Of a stretch of DNA of 64,000 nucleotides, positions 1-8,772 are shown one piece after another. A model generated the notes under the pieces. The model was not told the DNA's origin and searched no databases. It saw only the letters and a list, made by a program, of their open reading frames with translations. Each line of letters starts with the position of its first letter. Position 1 is the stretch's first letter. The position numbers were made by a program, and so were the translations under genes. Source of the stretch: a virus (lineage: Duplodnaviria > Caudoviricetes); IMG/VR virus record IMGVR_UViG_3300028591_000103, positions 87,639 through 151,638 of that record, one strand, 5' to 3'.

Positions 1-961
1 TATCATCATATGGTGTGACAGAGATTGTTCCATCTTGTGTAACATTGACACCAGAACCAATCTTAACTCCACCAAGCGTATCCTCAGTCGCAGGTTCAAT
101 ACCTCCAGCTGCAACAGATTTCCAAGTACCATCAGAAGACAAATATTTATTCGCATCTGTAGACTGAGGTGCAGGAACCAAACCATGTGTACCATCCTCA
201 GTACCGTCAGTACCAACGAAATCAGAATAGTTTTCTAATTCTGCTAACTTGGTTTTTTCTTCTCTAGTAAACGCTGCGGTTGTGTCATCGAGGATCTCTT
301 TATTGACATGCACATGTGCTTTTTCTTCCAAACTGGAAACACGGCGTTGAATGGGTGCATCATCATAATTATGAAGCGTTGTTAATTTAGACTTCTCTTC
401 TAATGTATAAGATGCTGTCGTATTATCCAGAACAGTTTTATTTTTATGCGTATGCGCTTGAGCCTCTAACCGATCCAATCTTGGATTGACTTCACTTTTC
501 TTTGCATAACCAGACAAATCAACCTCGGTCCAACCACCACCGACAAGAACCCATTTCTTACCATTCCAGATATATTCGATCGGGTCTTCCAGACCTTGGT
601 TTGGATTCTTGACAAATCGCAAATCTCCTAAACGATTTCCTGTTTTTGGTAATGTATTTCTACTCTCATAAACAGTCGTCGAAGCGATCGACATATAATT
701 CAGATTGGCAATGATATGATCGACTTCTTGTTTTGTATAATAATTGGATAATTCTGCATCTCCATCTATGTATGGAAGTTGGTGATAGTATTTATCACCT
801 TCACCAACTTTCAATCGGGTATGATTCTTTGGTGTTATTTCAACACAAAGAACCCCTCTTGGGATTGGATAATTCGCGATTGCAGAATCATCCCATTCTC
901 GAGATGTTCGAACGATATGATCATTGCTTGCAAAGAAATTATCAGTTTGATTAAATGCCAA
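1..961 (-). CDS. tail fibre protein (3' end runs off window)
   Basis: Not in the ORF track. RBS AGAAAGGAGG, TTG at 961, open to the window edge: MAFNQTDNFF...RGVLCVEITPKNHTRLKVGEGDKYY (Mtd_N/hyaluronidase-like start), repeated AH(T/V)HxNKxxLD, HGLVPAP and TLGGVKIG tail-fibre motifs. Confidence 0.75.
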   Translation of the reverse strand, partial: MAFNQTDNFFASNDHIVRTSREWDDSAIANYPIPRGVLCVEITPKNHTRLKVGEGDKYYHQLPYIDGDAELSNYYTKQEVDHIIANLNYMSIASTTVYESRNTLPKTGNRLGDLRFVKNPNQGLEDPIEYIWNGKKWVLVGGGWTEVDLSGYAKKSEVNPRLDRLEAQAHTHKNKTVLDNTTASYTLEEKSKLTTLHNYDDAPIQRRVSSLEEKAHVHVNKEILDDTTAAFTREEKTKLAELENYSDFVGTDGTEDGTHGLVPAPQSTDANKYLSSDGTWKSVAAGGIEPATEDTLGGVKIGSGVNVTQDGTISVTPYDD

Positions 962-986
962 TTCAAGTTCCTCCTTTCTACAGGAT

Positions 987-999
987 TTAATGAAGCGTT
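987..999 (-). promoter_or_regulatory. putative late promoter AAC(A/G/T)-N6-TA
   Basis: AACG-CTTCAT-TAA just upstream of the tail fibre RBS; resembles the AR9 late consensus AACA-N6-TA. Confidence 0.45.
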
Positions 1000-1004
1000 T
1001 TTAT

Positions 1005-1032
1005 GATATGCGGGGGATATCCCCCGCATATC
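1005..1032. terminator. intrinsic terminator-like hairpin
   Basis: Palindrome gatatgcgggggatatcccccgcatatc. Confidence 0.6.
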
Positions 1033-1039
1033 TCTATCG

Positions 1040-1774
1040 TCATTCTTCTGGATCGGAGTCTTGTAACAGGAAAAATCCGTCTGTATAATAGTCGATTCCA
1101 TTCAGAGTTGCGATGCCATCAAATCCCGCCAATTGTGAGAATGGCATCCAGTAAAAACCGACAGTTGTATTTATGCCACTGGTGCCTTTGTTTGTTGGAA
1201 GCGGTACGAATGTGGTGTAATCTTTGTCGAATTTCGTGATACTCAGATCCATCTCATTCAAGGGTGCTTCTACATCACCATATGCGACAGTTATAAAGTT
1301 TCTCCACTTCATATTAGTTCCTGATGTATTTCCGTTATTTCTGCATGAGATTGCGGTTTCTCCATTTTTTGCCTTTGAGAATATCATATACTGTCTCTGC
1401 AACTTCTGGACAAATGGCGAATTTGATGACGTCAGTTCCAATATGACACCATATTTACAAATGTATGCGCCATATATCCAGTGCGCTATATAACCAAGTG
1501 ATGAAGAACCGCCACCAAACGACCAATACTCTGTTGGACTTCTATACAGATAAACCGTCAGAAATGAACTTGAATCAGTGTTACCCTCGAACTTAACCAA
1601 TGGCTTATCACCGTTATAAATCGTCATAATACCATTGTTAGGATTTTGAGTCGAACTCTCTAATTCAATTCTGTCAAATACATCGATCAATCCATTTTGA
1701 ATGTATTCGTTAAGTTTGTCCGCAGCAGGTTTGTATCCGGTTGCCGCAGCGACCGAAAATTTTTCGTAATACAT
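1040..1774 (-). CDS. hypothetical protein, probably tail-associated
   Basis: 244-aa ORF with RBS, Gly/aromatic-rich, within the tail gene cluster. Confidence 0.6.
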   Translation of the reverse strand: MYYEKFSVAAATGYKPAADKLNEYIQNGLIDVFDRIELESSTQNPNNGIMTIYNGDKPLVKFEGNTDSSSFLTVYLYRSPTEYWSFGGGSSSLGYIAHWIYGAYICKYGVILELTSSNSPFVQKLQRQYMIFSKAKNGETAISCRNNGNTSGTNMKWRNFITVAYGDVEAPLNEMDLSITKFDKDYTTFVPLPTNKGTSGINTTVGFYWMPFSQLAGFDGIATLNGIDYYTDGFFLLQDSDPEE

Positions 1775-1777
1775 AAA

Positions 1778-2119
1778 TTAACTCCTTTCGATTGTTGTGA
1801 CAACAGTACCAGGAACGGCGGTGATTTTCGGTTTTGCAAAACCATACCATTTCGTATCTGTTGATGGAGAAGGACCCGGCCCAGGACCGGGTCCTGGTTT
1901 CTTTTCAGGGAAGTAATCGTAATAGGTTCTACCATTCACGATTTTTCCTGTGTAGCTGTCGGTGATGAAATATTTCGGGATCTGGATTAATTTGCGGGTT
2001 TGATCACTATCAGCTTCATATCCAATTACAGGATTCGGTAAATTCACGATAGCAATATTGACTGGATTGTCAGGAGAAACACTGCGATCAACAATGTTGA
2101 TCGCGATTTTATCTGCCAT
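1778..2119 (-). CDS. small tail-associated protein sharing its N-terminal domain with the LRR protein
   Basis: Residues 1-73 align with the N-terminus of 2148-4160; followed by a GPGPGP linker. Confidence 0.65.
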   Translation of the reverse strand: MADKIAINIVDRSVSPDNPVNIAIVNLPNPVIGYEADSDQTRKLIQIPKYFITDSYTGKIVNGRTYYDYFPEKKPGPGPGPGPSPSTDTKWYGFAKPKITAVPGTVVTTIERS

Positions 2120-2147
2120 GAAAATTCACCTCCATTTCATAAAAATT

Positions 2148-4160
2148 TTATAATGCAACCATCTTCGCATAGACTTCCTTGCCGTTTCCGACTGTAATCG
2201 GATTTGTTTCTGCTCTGAGGTCTGCAATTGTTGCATACCATGTAAGCGAGGTTGTAGATTCGTCCGGAATTGTAGCTGGGAGTGCTGCTCCGTCTGCAAA
2301 TGTATCGTAATAGGCATATGTGTAAGTGCTGGGCGATGGGTAGTTGCTTGCTGAGAGATACGCATAGGATTTAACAAGGATTGCGCAGTCTGTAGGAAGA
2401 CTTGTGAATGCGTTAGAATTTTGAATGGTCGGTGGAGTTGCTTTCTCAAATTTCACACTACCGAGTGAAGCGCAGTTACCAAAAGCCAGGTTCCCAATCG
2501 ATGTAACGCTGTCTGAAATTGTAACACTCCCGAGTGACCTGCAGTATTGAAAAGCATACGTCGAAATTGATGTAACACTGTCTGGAATGGTAATGTTACT
2601 GAGTGAAAGGCAATTGTAAAAAGCATACATCGAAATTGATGTAACACTGTCTGGAATGGTAACGCTATCGAGTGAATAGCAGTACATAAAAGCATACGCC
2701 GAAATTGATGTAACACTGTCTGGAATGGTAACGCTATCGAGTGAATAGCAGTATTGAAAAGCATACATCGAAATTGATGTAAGACTGTCTGGAATGGTAA
2801 CGCTGTTGAGTGAATAGCAGTAATAAAAAGCATACTTCCCAATTGATGTAACGTTGTCTGGAATAGTGATGCTGCTGAGTGAATAGCAGCTGTCAAAAGC
2901 ATTCGACTGAATTGATGTAACGTTGTCTGGAATAGTAATGCTGCTGAGTGAATAGCAGGATATAAAAGCAAGCGACTGAATTGATGTAAAGCTGTCGCCA
3001 ATAAACATCCTCTTTATAGCATTTATATAGTTTCGCGATTCATTAGCATCGAATCCGTCTTTCATCAACAATCCACATGAATTGTTTTTTTCTAAGAAAT
3101 TCGCCGTACCAGTAACCGTCAGCGTAATCACATACTCTCCACCGCTAGGATAGGTATGCGGCTGAGTGCTGACATAAGTTGACACATTCGTTCCAGTCAG
3201 CGTCGTATGCGCAGAACCATCGCCCCAGTCGATATCAACAGAACCATTCACGCCAAGTCCGAGAACAGGCTCTCTCCGGTATTCGTCAAGCTCGATAAAG
3301 ATTCGCGTCTTACCGTCAGTCACTTTGTATTTCTGACCGATATCGAGCTTTCCATACTTCGCTACATACGCCTTTGCTTTTGCGAATGTTGACCACATCC
3401 ACCCCTGCGCGGTCAGTCCGTCATGAGATGGATTTGTAGGCCAGTCTGTCAGCTCCGCAAACTCTGCTGCTGTGTAACTATGGACGATTGTTCCATCATA
3501 GTCGATAAAGTTCACGGCTTTCTTTTCAGCTCCGCCGCCGCCACCTGATGGGACATTGACAGTGAGACTGCTAATCAATGTGGTATCGACATCCCCATTC
3601 TCAGTCACAGTATCACTACCCTGTGCGACTAAAGCGCCGTTAGAAACGACTTTACCTTCATCACCCGCTGCGTATGTATTTGGTACATTGATTTCAATGC
3701 TATTGATTAGGGTTGTATCGACAGTTCCATTAGATGTAGCAGAACTGGAAGACTGTGAAACAAGTTCTCCACCAGATACGACTTTGCCCTCATCTTGTGC
3801 GGTATAGCTATTCGAAACAGAAACGCTGACAGAACTGTATCCATCAGCGTTATCATCTTTTGCTTTATATGCTCCATTTTCATTAATGGATTTGCTGATC
3901 AGTGTACTACCACCGCCACCTCCTCCTCCACCGGAAGGATCCTTGTCTGGAAAGTATTTATAGATACTTTCGCCGTTCACAACCTTTCCTGTTGCAGACT
4001 CGGTAATACGATACTGTGGAAAGTTGATCAGATATGCCAGTTGGTCGTATGTTGCAGCAAAACCAGAAACGGGATTTGGTTGATTAATGATTGCAATGTT
4101 GATCGCACGCATCGCCGGAACGGAGATATCGACAACATCAATCACCAACGTCTCAGCCAT
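2148..4160 (-). CDS. BspA-type (LRR_5) leucine-rich repeat protein, putative receptor-binding protein
   Basis: 8 repeats of IPDSVTSIxxxAFxxCxSLxSxT, a PKD-like IDWGDG motif and poly-Gly linkers. Confidence 0.85.
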   Translation of the reverse strand: MAETLVIDVVDISVPAMRAINIAIINQPNPVSGFAATYDQLAYLINFPQYRITESATGKVVNGESIYKYFPDKDPSGGGGGGGGSTLISKSINENGAYKAKDDNADGYSSVSVSVSNSYTAQDEGKVVSGGELVSQSSSSATSNGTVDTTLINSIEINVPNTYAAGDEGKVVSNGALVAQGSDTVTENGDVDTTLISSLTVNVPSGGGGGAEKKAVNFIDYDGTIVHSYTAAEFAELTDWPTNPSHDGLTAQGWMWSTFAKAKAYVAKYGKLDIGQKYKVTDGKTRIFIELDEYRREPVLGLGVNGSVDIDWGDGSAHTTLTGTNVSTYVSTQPHTYPSGGEYVITLTVTGTANFLEKNNSCGLLMKDGFDANESRNYINAIKRMFIGDSFTSIQSLAFISCYSLSSITIPDNVTSIQSNAFDSCYSLSSITIPDNVTSIGKYAFYYCYSLNSVTIPDSLTSISMYAFQYCYSLDSVTIPDSVTSISAYAFMYCYSLDSVTIPDSVTSISMYAFYNCLSLSNITIPDSVTSISTYAFQYCRSLGSVTISDSVTSIGNLAFGNCASLGSVKFEKATPPTIQNSNAFTSLPTDCAILVKSYAYLSASNYPSPSTYTYAYYDTFADGAALPATIPDESTTSLTWYATIADLRAETNPITVGNGKEVYAKMVAL
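2451..3002 (-). repeat. 8 x 69-bp coding tandem repeat (LRR)
   Basis: Near-identical DNA scaffold attccagac(a/g)..gttacatcaatt...tgctttt...tgctattcactc at 69-bp spacing. Confidence 0.9.
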
Positions 4161-4162
4161 AA

Positions 4163-5398
4163 TTATTCACCACCATCCTCATTGGTTTCGTCGATTGGTT
4201 GTGTGGATGAAAGTTGAACAAGCTTTCCGATAGCGACATCTGCTTCAAAAGCTTCATCAACAGTAACGGATTCATCATCCGTTGAAGTATATGTCGCAGA
4301 AACTTGATATACATAACCGATCTCATTGTATACGAGATCACCCTTTGTATATTCCGTGTTCTTTGCGTATTCTTTGACACGCGGTTTCATCGTGATGATC
4401 TGATTTTCCAATGCAGCAACACGTGCTTGGAGATCAGATACGGCAGTTGTCAGAATCGTAACATCGCGTGCAAGTTCTTCGATCAAATGCTCAGTCGGAT
4501 GATACAATGAATTGTATACATCAAATGTATTTCCTGTCGCGATTGTATTCGCCATATAAGCAGTGAAGTTCATCTTCAGACGAGTTGTCAGATTCAGTTG
4601 AACTGCAAATCTCTGATTGATGTTGACTGCTGCAATGAGAATGCGATTATCCGCAATATCAATAGCATCATGCTGAACACTGATGTGGGTGTTATTATTC
4701 ATCCAGATATAATACGGATTCAGATCATCCACAACATGTGTGAGTGTATCAAGAATGTCAACATACGCTTCCATCTTATCAATGAAAATAGTATAGATAC
4801 CATTATAATCAACCTGTGGAAGATTGGTCACAATGACATTCTTGAATGATGTAATAAAGAAATCATTGACATCGGTATAGTGGAACAAATGGTCTTTGAC
4901 AATACTTTCGACTGTATTCTCATATACCACACCACCTTGTGCATCTTCCAGATGGAAATACAGTTTGAAGATCACACTAGAATGCTGGATCGGAAGATAG
5001 TTCTCCAGTGTTTCAAATTCATTTGAAATCACCTGATTCAGGAATCCATTCCATACAGCATTTGTGACAATGTCTCCACCGGTCATATCCAGACTTGCAG
5101 TCAGATTAATACAAGACGGATCGGAACGTTTGCTGATTCTGGTGTAAACATTTTCAGACACACTCAGTTTTGTACCATATTTGGTAGTCGTATTATCGAC
5201 CAGATATGGAATATTGTTCACGACCATGAATGCGTTTTCTTGCATACTTCCAGATGCAGGATACTTTGCTGTATTCGGTTGGTACATCTGCTGACAGCAA
5301 TCACACTGGAATGATGCACCTCGTACATATGGATATGACACAAGCACCGGTTGAGAACCATGTCCACAACCACCGCAGTTGAATCCGCTTTGATTCAT
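4163..5398 (-). CDS. virion structural protein with coiled coil and C-terminal CBM5/12-like module
   Basis: Cys-rich N-terminus; heptads LQARVAALE; C-terminal YAKNTEYTKGDLVYNEIGYVYQV. Confidence 0.55.
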   Translation of the reverse strand: MNQSGFNCGGCGHGSQPVLVSYPYVRGASFQCDCCQQMYQPNTAKYPASGSMQENAFMVVNNIPYLVDNTTTKYGTKLSVSENVYTRISKRSDPSCINLTASLDMTGGDIVTNAVWNGFLNQVISNEFETLENYLPIQHSSVIFKLYFHLEDAQGGVVYENTVESIVKDHLFHYTDVNDFFITSFKNVIVTNLPQVDYNGIYTIFIDKMEAYVDILDTLTHVVDDLNPYYIWMNNNTHISVQHDAIDIADNRILIAAVNINQRFAVQLNLTTRLKMNFTAYMANTIATGNTFDVYNSLYHPTEHLIEELARDVTILTTAVSDLQARVAALENQIITMKPRVKEYAKNTEYTKGDLVYNEIGYVYQVSATYTSTDDESVTVDEAFEADVAIGKLVQLSSTQPIDETNEDGGE

Positions 5399-5410
5399 AA
5401 GAAACCCTCC

Positions 5411-6691
5411 TTATTTGATTTTCAATGTTTGCTTGATAATGTATATGATCAACGGTGTCCAAAGAAATACTTCTTTTGACATAGAATTATCGAACAATTG
5501 GTCTCCGGTGTATAATGACAAATCCCGGATACTCCGTAAACGTCCGTGGATATAATCATGAATCAGAGAAATGTAATCATACCGCTGCAGCTTGTAACGA
5601 CGGATACATTTATCTGCACATTTACAACACTTACAATCACACAGTTTACATTGTCTCGGATCACATTCAGCTTCCAGAATATTATACACTTCCATCGGGA
5701 AATACAGATCTTCACCTGGATTCAAACACCATGCATCACCAGGAATCATGACATCAACATCTGCACCATAATGTGCGAATGATGAATCAACGTATTCCGA
5801 AGCTTTTACTGTACGATATTTGAACGTTGATAGATATCGTAATGGTGCTTCTCGTTCAATCCATTGATATGGTGAACGTTGATAATGGAATTCCAATTCA
5901 CGATCCTTCAACTTGTTTTGAATCAACACGATATTTCCATGTGCATTATCACGAATCATGATTCCTGTTTTTGCCATGAAATAATTGCCACATACATCAA
6001 ACAGCGTTCTACCATTCAGATGTAATAAGAAACAATTGTGTGCCGGATCATAATAATTGGCTTTGTAATTATCAACCATGTCATCGATCATTTTGATCAA
6101 ACGAGACCGAAGTTCATAATCCTCTTCACCGATAACAGGCGTCAAATCCTCACCACCAACGGTTTGAAGATCCATGACATACCGACCAACGACTTGTTTG
6201 TTAATTTGATCAACATCTGAAATTTGAGTCGAGTACAGACTGTATGAAATTCGATAAGAACCGTCTGTATTCAATCCATCCTGCGTTACTTCTGTGACAC
6301 GGATTAAATGTGTCATTCGAATATGATTTACAATGAAGAAATCATTTTCTTTTGGCATTATAGTTCCCGGTATAATGAATGCTTCTCCATTCAAATTATA
6401 ATCACGAACCGTTGTAGATCCAGCATTTCCATTTTCTGGAGATAAAGGTGACAATGCCAACAGAACCATATTCTCGATTCTCCGATAACGCAATGGGGAA
6501 TCTCTTCCAATGATCTGATACACATCATTGAATCCAAGAGAATCAGTCGTTTGTTGTTCGTCGATATTAAAGTATGTCACAAGTGTTCTACCACTTCCAG
6601 TATACTTATTGATTCTGGAATGGAGGAATTTATCATACTTAAATATTTGCTCATCGACCAATGATCGTTCATCATATATTAAACCAGACAC
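5411..6691 (-). CDS. jumbo-phage virion structural protein
   Basis: About 430-aa ORF (GTG start at 6691 or TTG at 6715) with LVTYFNID/SPLRY/PGTIMPKENDFF motifs resembling phiKZ/AR9-like structural proteins; late-type promoter upstream. Confidence 0.55.
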   Translation of the reverse strand: MSGLIYDERSLVDEQIFKYDKFLHSRINKYTGSGRTLVTYFNIDEQQTTDSLGFNDVYQIIGRDSPLRYRRIENMVLLALSPLSPENGNAGSTTVRDYNLNGEAFIIPGTIMPKENDFFIVNHIRMTHLIRVTEVTQDGLNTDGSYRISYSLYSTQISDVDQINKQVVGRYVMDLQTVGGEDLTPVIGEEDYELRSRLIKMIDDMVDNYKANYYDPAHNCFLLHLNGRTLFDVCGNYFMAKTGIMIRDNAHGNIVLIQNKLKDRELEFHYQRSPYQWIEREAPLRYLSTFKYRTVKASEYVDSSFAHYGADVDVMIPGDAWCLNPGEDLYFPMEVYNILEAECDPRQCKLCDCKCCKCADKCIRRYKLQRYDYISLIHDYIHGRLRSIRDLSLYTGDQLFDNSMSKEVFLWTPLIIYIIKQTLKIK

Positions 6692-6748
6692 ATATTTCAC
6701 CACACTTTCTATCAATCTTGAAAGATACTATAAATATATCTCCCAGAG

Positions 6749-6761
6749 TTACGAAACTGTT
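6749..6761 (-). promoter_or_regulatory. putative late promoter AACA-N6-TA
   Basis: AACA-GTTTCG-TAA upstream of the structural operon. Confidence 0.5.
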
Positions 6762-6868
6762 TTACAGCATATATTTGCGTGAAATTATTTTTTCACAAGA
6801 TAAATATATCATTATTTTGCATACGGAAATCAAAATTCATTTTTCCGTATAGAAAGGAAGGAATTTAT

Positions 6869-7492
6869 ATGGTAAGAATCAAATTAGCTTCAAGATCGGA
6901 ATCAGATGTAACGAAGATGAAAGCAAAAGGATGGGTGATTAATGTTTTCAGAGAACGAAATGAACGGGATGATTTTGTCATCGCAGAAAGGGATGCAATC
7001 AATACACGATTCACATTGCAATTGGCGAAAGTGCCTCATACAGTTGAAGTGAAGAAATTCGTCAATGGTGAATTCATTGATTCGAAATTGTTCCATGATC
7101 CTGGTTGTGGATTGTCAGGGACATTATGCATCTCCGAAGGAAAGACGGTCACAACAACATATGCATTCTTCAGAAATGAAATGCTGATGGAACTCATGGA
7201 ACGATACGGATTGAAACGAATTGAATTCGCGAAAACGGATGCGGCAAAATTCGATAAGTTCGTATACGAAAACGATTTGAGTATGTATGGGAAAGGAGAA
7301 GGTAAACCAACATTGCCTCCATTCCATACGGATGGAACATACGAGGAAACAACACCGCAGCAACCGAATATGCGGAAGTTCCTTGTATCTGGAGCAACGT
7401 ATGTATATGAATACAAGACATGTACATTGACAATTCCACAACAATACGACATTTGGAAACTGGACGAGTTATTGAAACATGTAACCGATTGA
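6869..7492 (+). CDS. hypothetical protein
   Basis: RBS AGAAAGGAAGG, ATG 6869; TATATCAT element and 5' hairpin upstream. Confidence 0.7.
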   Translation: MVRIKLASRSESDVTKMKAKGWVINVFRERNERDDFVIAERDAINTRFTLQLAKVPHTVEVKKFVNGEFIDSKLFHDPGCGLSGTLCISEGKTVTTTYAFFRNEMLMELMERYGLKRIEFAKTDAAKFDKFVYENDLSMYGKGEGKPTLPPFHTDGTYEETTPQQPNMRKFLVSGATYVYEYKTCTLTIPQQYDIWKLDELLKHVTD

Positions 7493-7503
7493 GGTGATCA
7501 TCA

Positions 7504-8661
7504 GTGGGAATAGAATATAATTATCCACTAGAGCAATTGGACAAACTGGTTGTGATGGTGTATCAAGAAGGAAGGACACCATTATTGCCAGACGCACTCA
7601 AACAGGAAGTTGCATTAAGGTATCAAGAATTACAACACATGGATGATGACGAAGACGAGGATGAAGATTATCGCACTGCGGTTCAACAACACGAAGATGC
7701 AATGCGGAAGATTGAAGAAGAACGAAGAAAATCTCATTCTCGTAATGTTATAATTCTTGAATTGACAGAAGAGGAAAAACGGGAACTCCATGAAGGAATG
7801 TCCGCTTCATATGTAAGAAGCGATCCAAATTCCGAATATAATATGTCTGATGATGATATGAATGCGGATGCAGAACGAAAAGCAATTTATAAAAGCTTGC
7901 GGTCTATTGGCAAGATTTATTATCATCAGGAAGATTATCGGAATGCAATCAATATTATTCATCGAGCGATTGAATATTCTTTGCGCAATGATTATCCGTG
8001 GCTAACATTTGAAGAAGCATGTGAAGAATTCAAAGAGGGAAGAATCAAATATACATTCGCACAACTTCCGTTGTTGTATATTGATTATAATACTCAAATT
8101 ACAGATCCGAAAGTATTGGCGGGAATCGTGTCTGGTGAGATTCATCTGATTGATAAGGATCAAGAACCTGTCAAGAAGAAGAAAGTCAAATCGAAACCAG
8201 TCGATGCAGATTATACAATCATCGGACCGGAAGAACATGCGGAATATGTCAAGATTCACAATGCTGGATACAATACTCCGATTTCCACCATTCTCAAATC
8301 TTGTTCCACAATTTACAACCGGTATGTCATTCCATCATCATTACAATTCGGATCCAGCCAACAGAAAGAGCTTCCTACAGTGGACTGGACACAACCCGGT
8401 GCAGGTCAAGCATATTTCGATGCGTTGCATAATATCCAACATAATACAGTATCCGATGTTGTATCATTCCTTAATGAGCAAAATGATAAGAAACTGAATC
8501 ATGTCATCGGAAATGGAATGAGAGAATTCACACATGCTTGGGGACCAAAACAAGAAACATCGTTCAAAACATTGTCGACATCTTTGGAGCATCATGATAA
8601 AGCGGTTGAAATTGAGAATAGGATTCTCGAGATGATGCGACAGACTAATCCGCAATTATAA
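7504..8661 (+). CDS. hypothetical protein
   Basis: 385-aa ORF, RBS GAGGTGA, acidic tract. Confidence 0.75.
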   Translation: MGIEYNYPLEQLDKLVVMVYQEGRTPLLPDALKQEVALRYQELQHMDDDEDEDEDYRTAVQQHEDAMRKIEEERRKSHSRNVIILELTEEEKRELHEGMSASYVRSDPNSEYNMSDDDMNADAERKAIYKSLRSIGKIYYHQEDYRNAINIIHRAIEYSLRNDYPWLTFEEACEEFKEGRIKYTFAQLPLLYIDYNTQITDPKVLAGIVSGEIHLIDKDQEPVKKKKVKSKPVDADYTIIGPEEHAEYVKIHNAGYNTPISTILKSCSTIYNRYVIPSSLQFGSSQQKELPTVDWTQPGAGQAYFDALHNIQHNTVSDVVSFLNEQNDKKLNHVIGNGMREFTHAWGPKQETSFKTLSTSLEHHDKAVEIENRILEMMRQTNPQL

Positions 8662-8736
8662 TCACGGAATGATAATATGTGGCATCTGTGTCCGGTGTCA
8701 CATATGTGAATTTCTTCATTCCTTTCAAATGGATTA

Positions 8737-8772
8737 TGGTGGGGCTTTCGCCCCACCACTTTCCTTTTTTTT
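8737..8772 (+). terminator. terminator between convergent genes
   Basis: tggtggggc-tttc-gccccacca followed by a T run. Confidence 0.8.

Noticed and set aside
2453-3001. 182-aa alternative-frame repetitive ORF (FQTVLHQF repeats)
   Set aside because: Shadow of the 69-bp LRR repeats; no RBS and no sensible protein
2451-3002. CRISPR array or DGR variable region
   Set aside because: The repeats are in-frame coding LRRs without spacers; no reverse transcriptase or template repeat in the window; variation is not obviously adenine-specific
8662-8736. Extra hairpin atatgtggcatc..ggtgtcacatat before the terminator
   Set aside because: Single short 3' UTR hairpin with no second copy; insufficient evidence for an ncRNA
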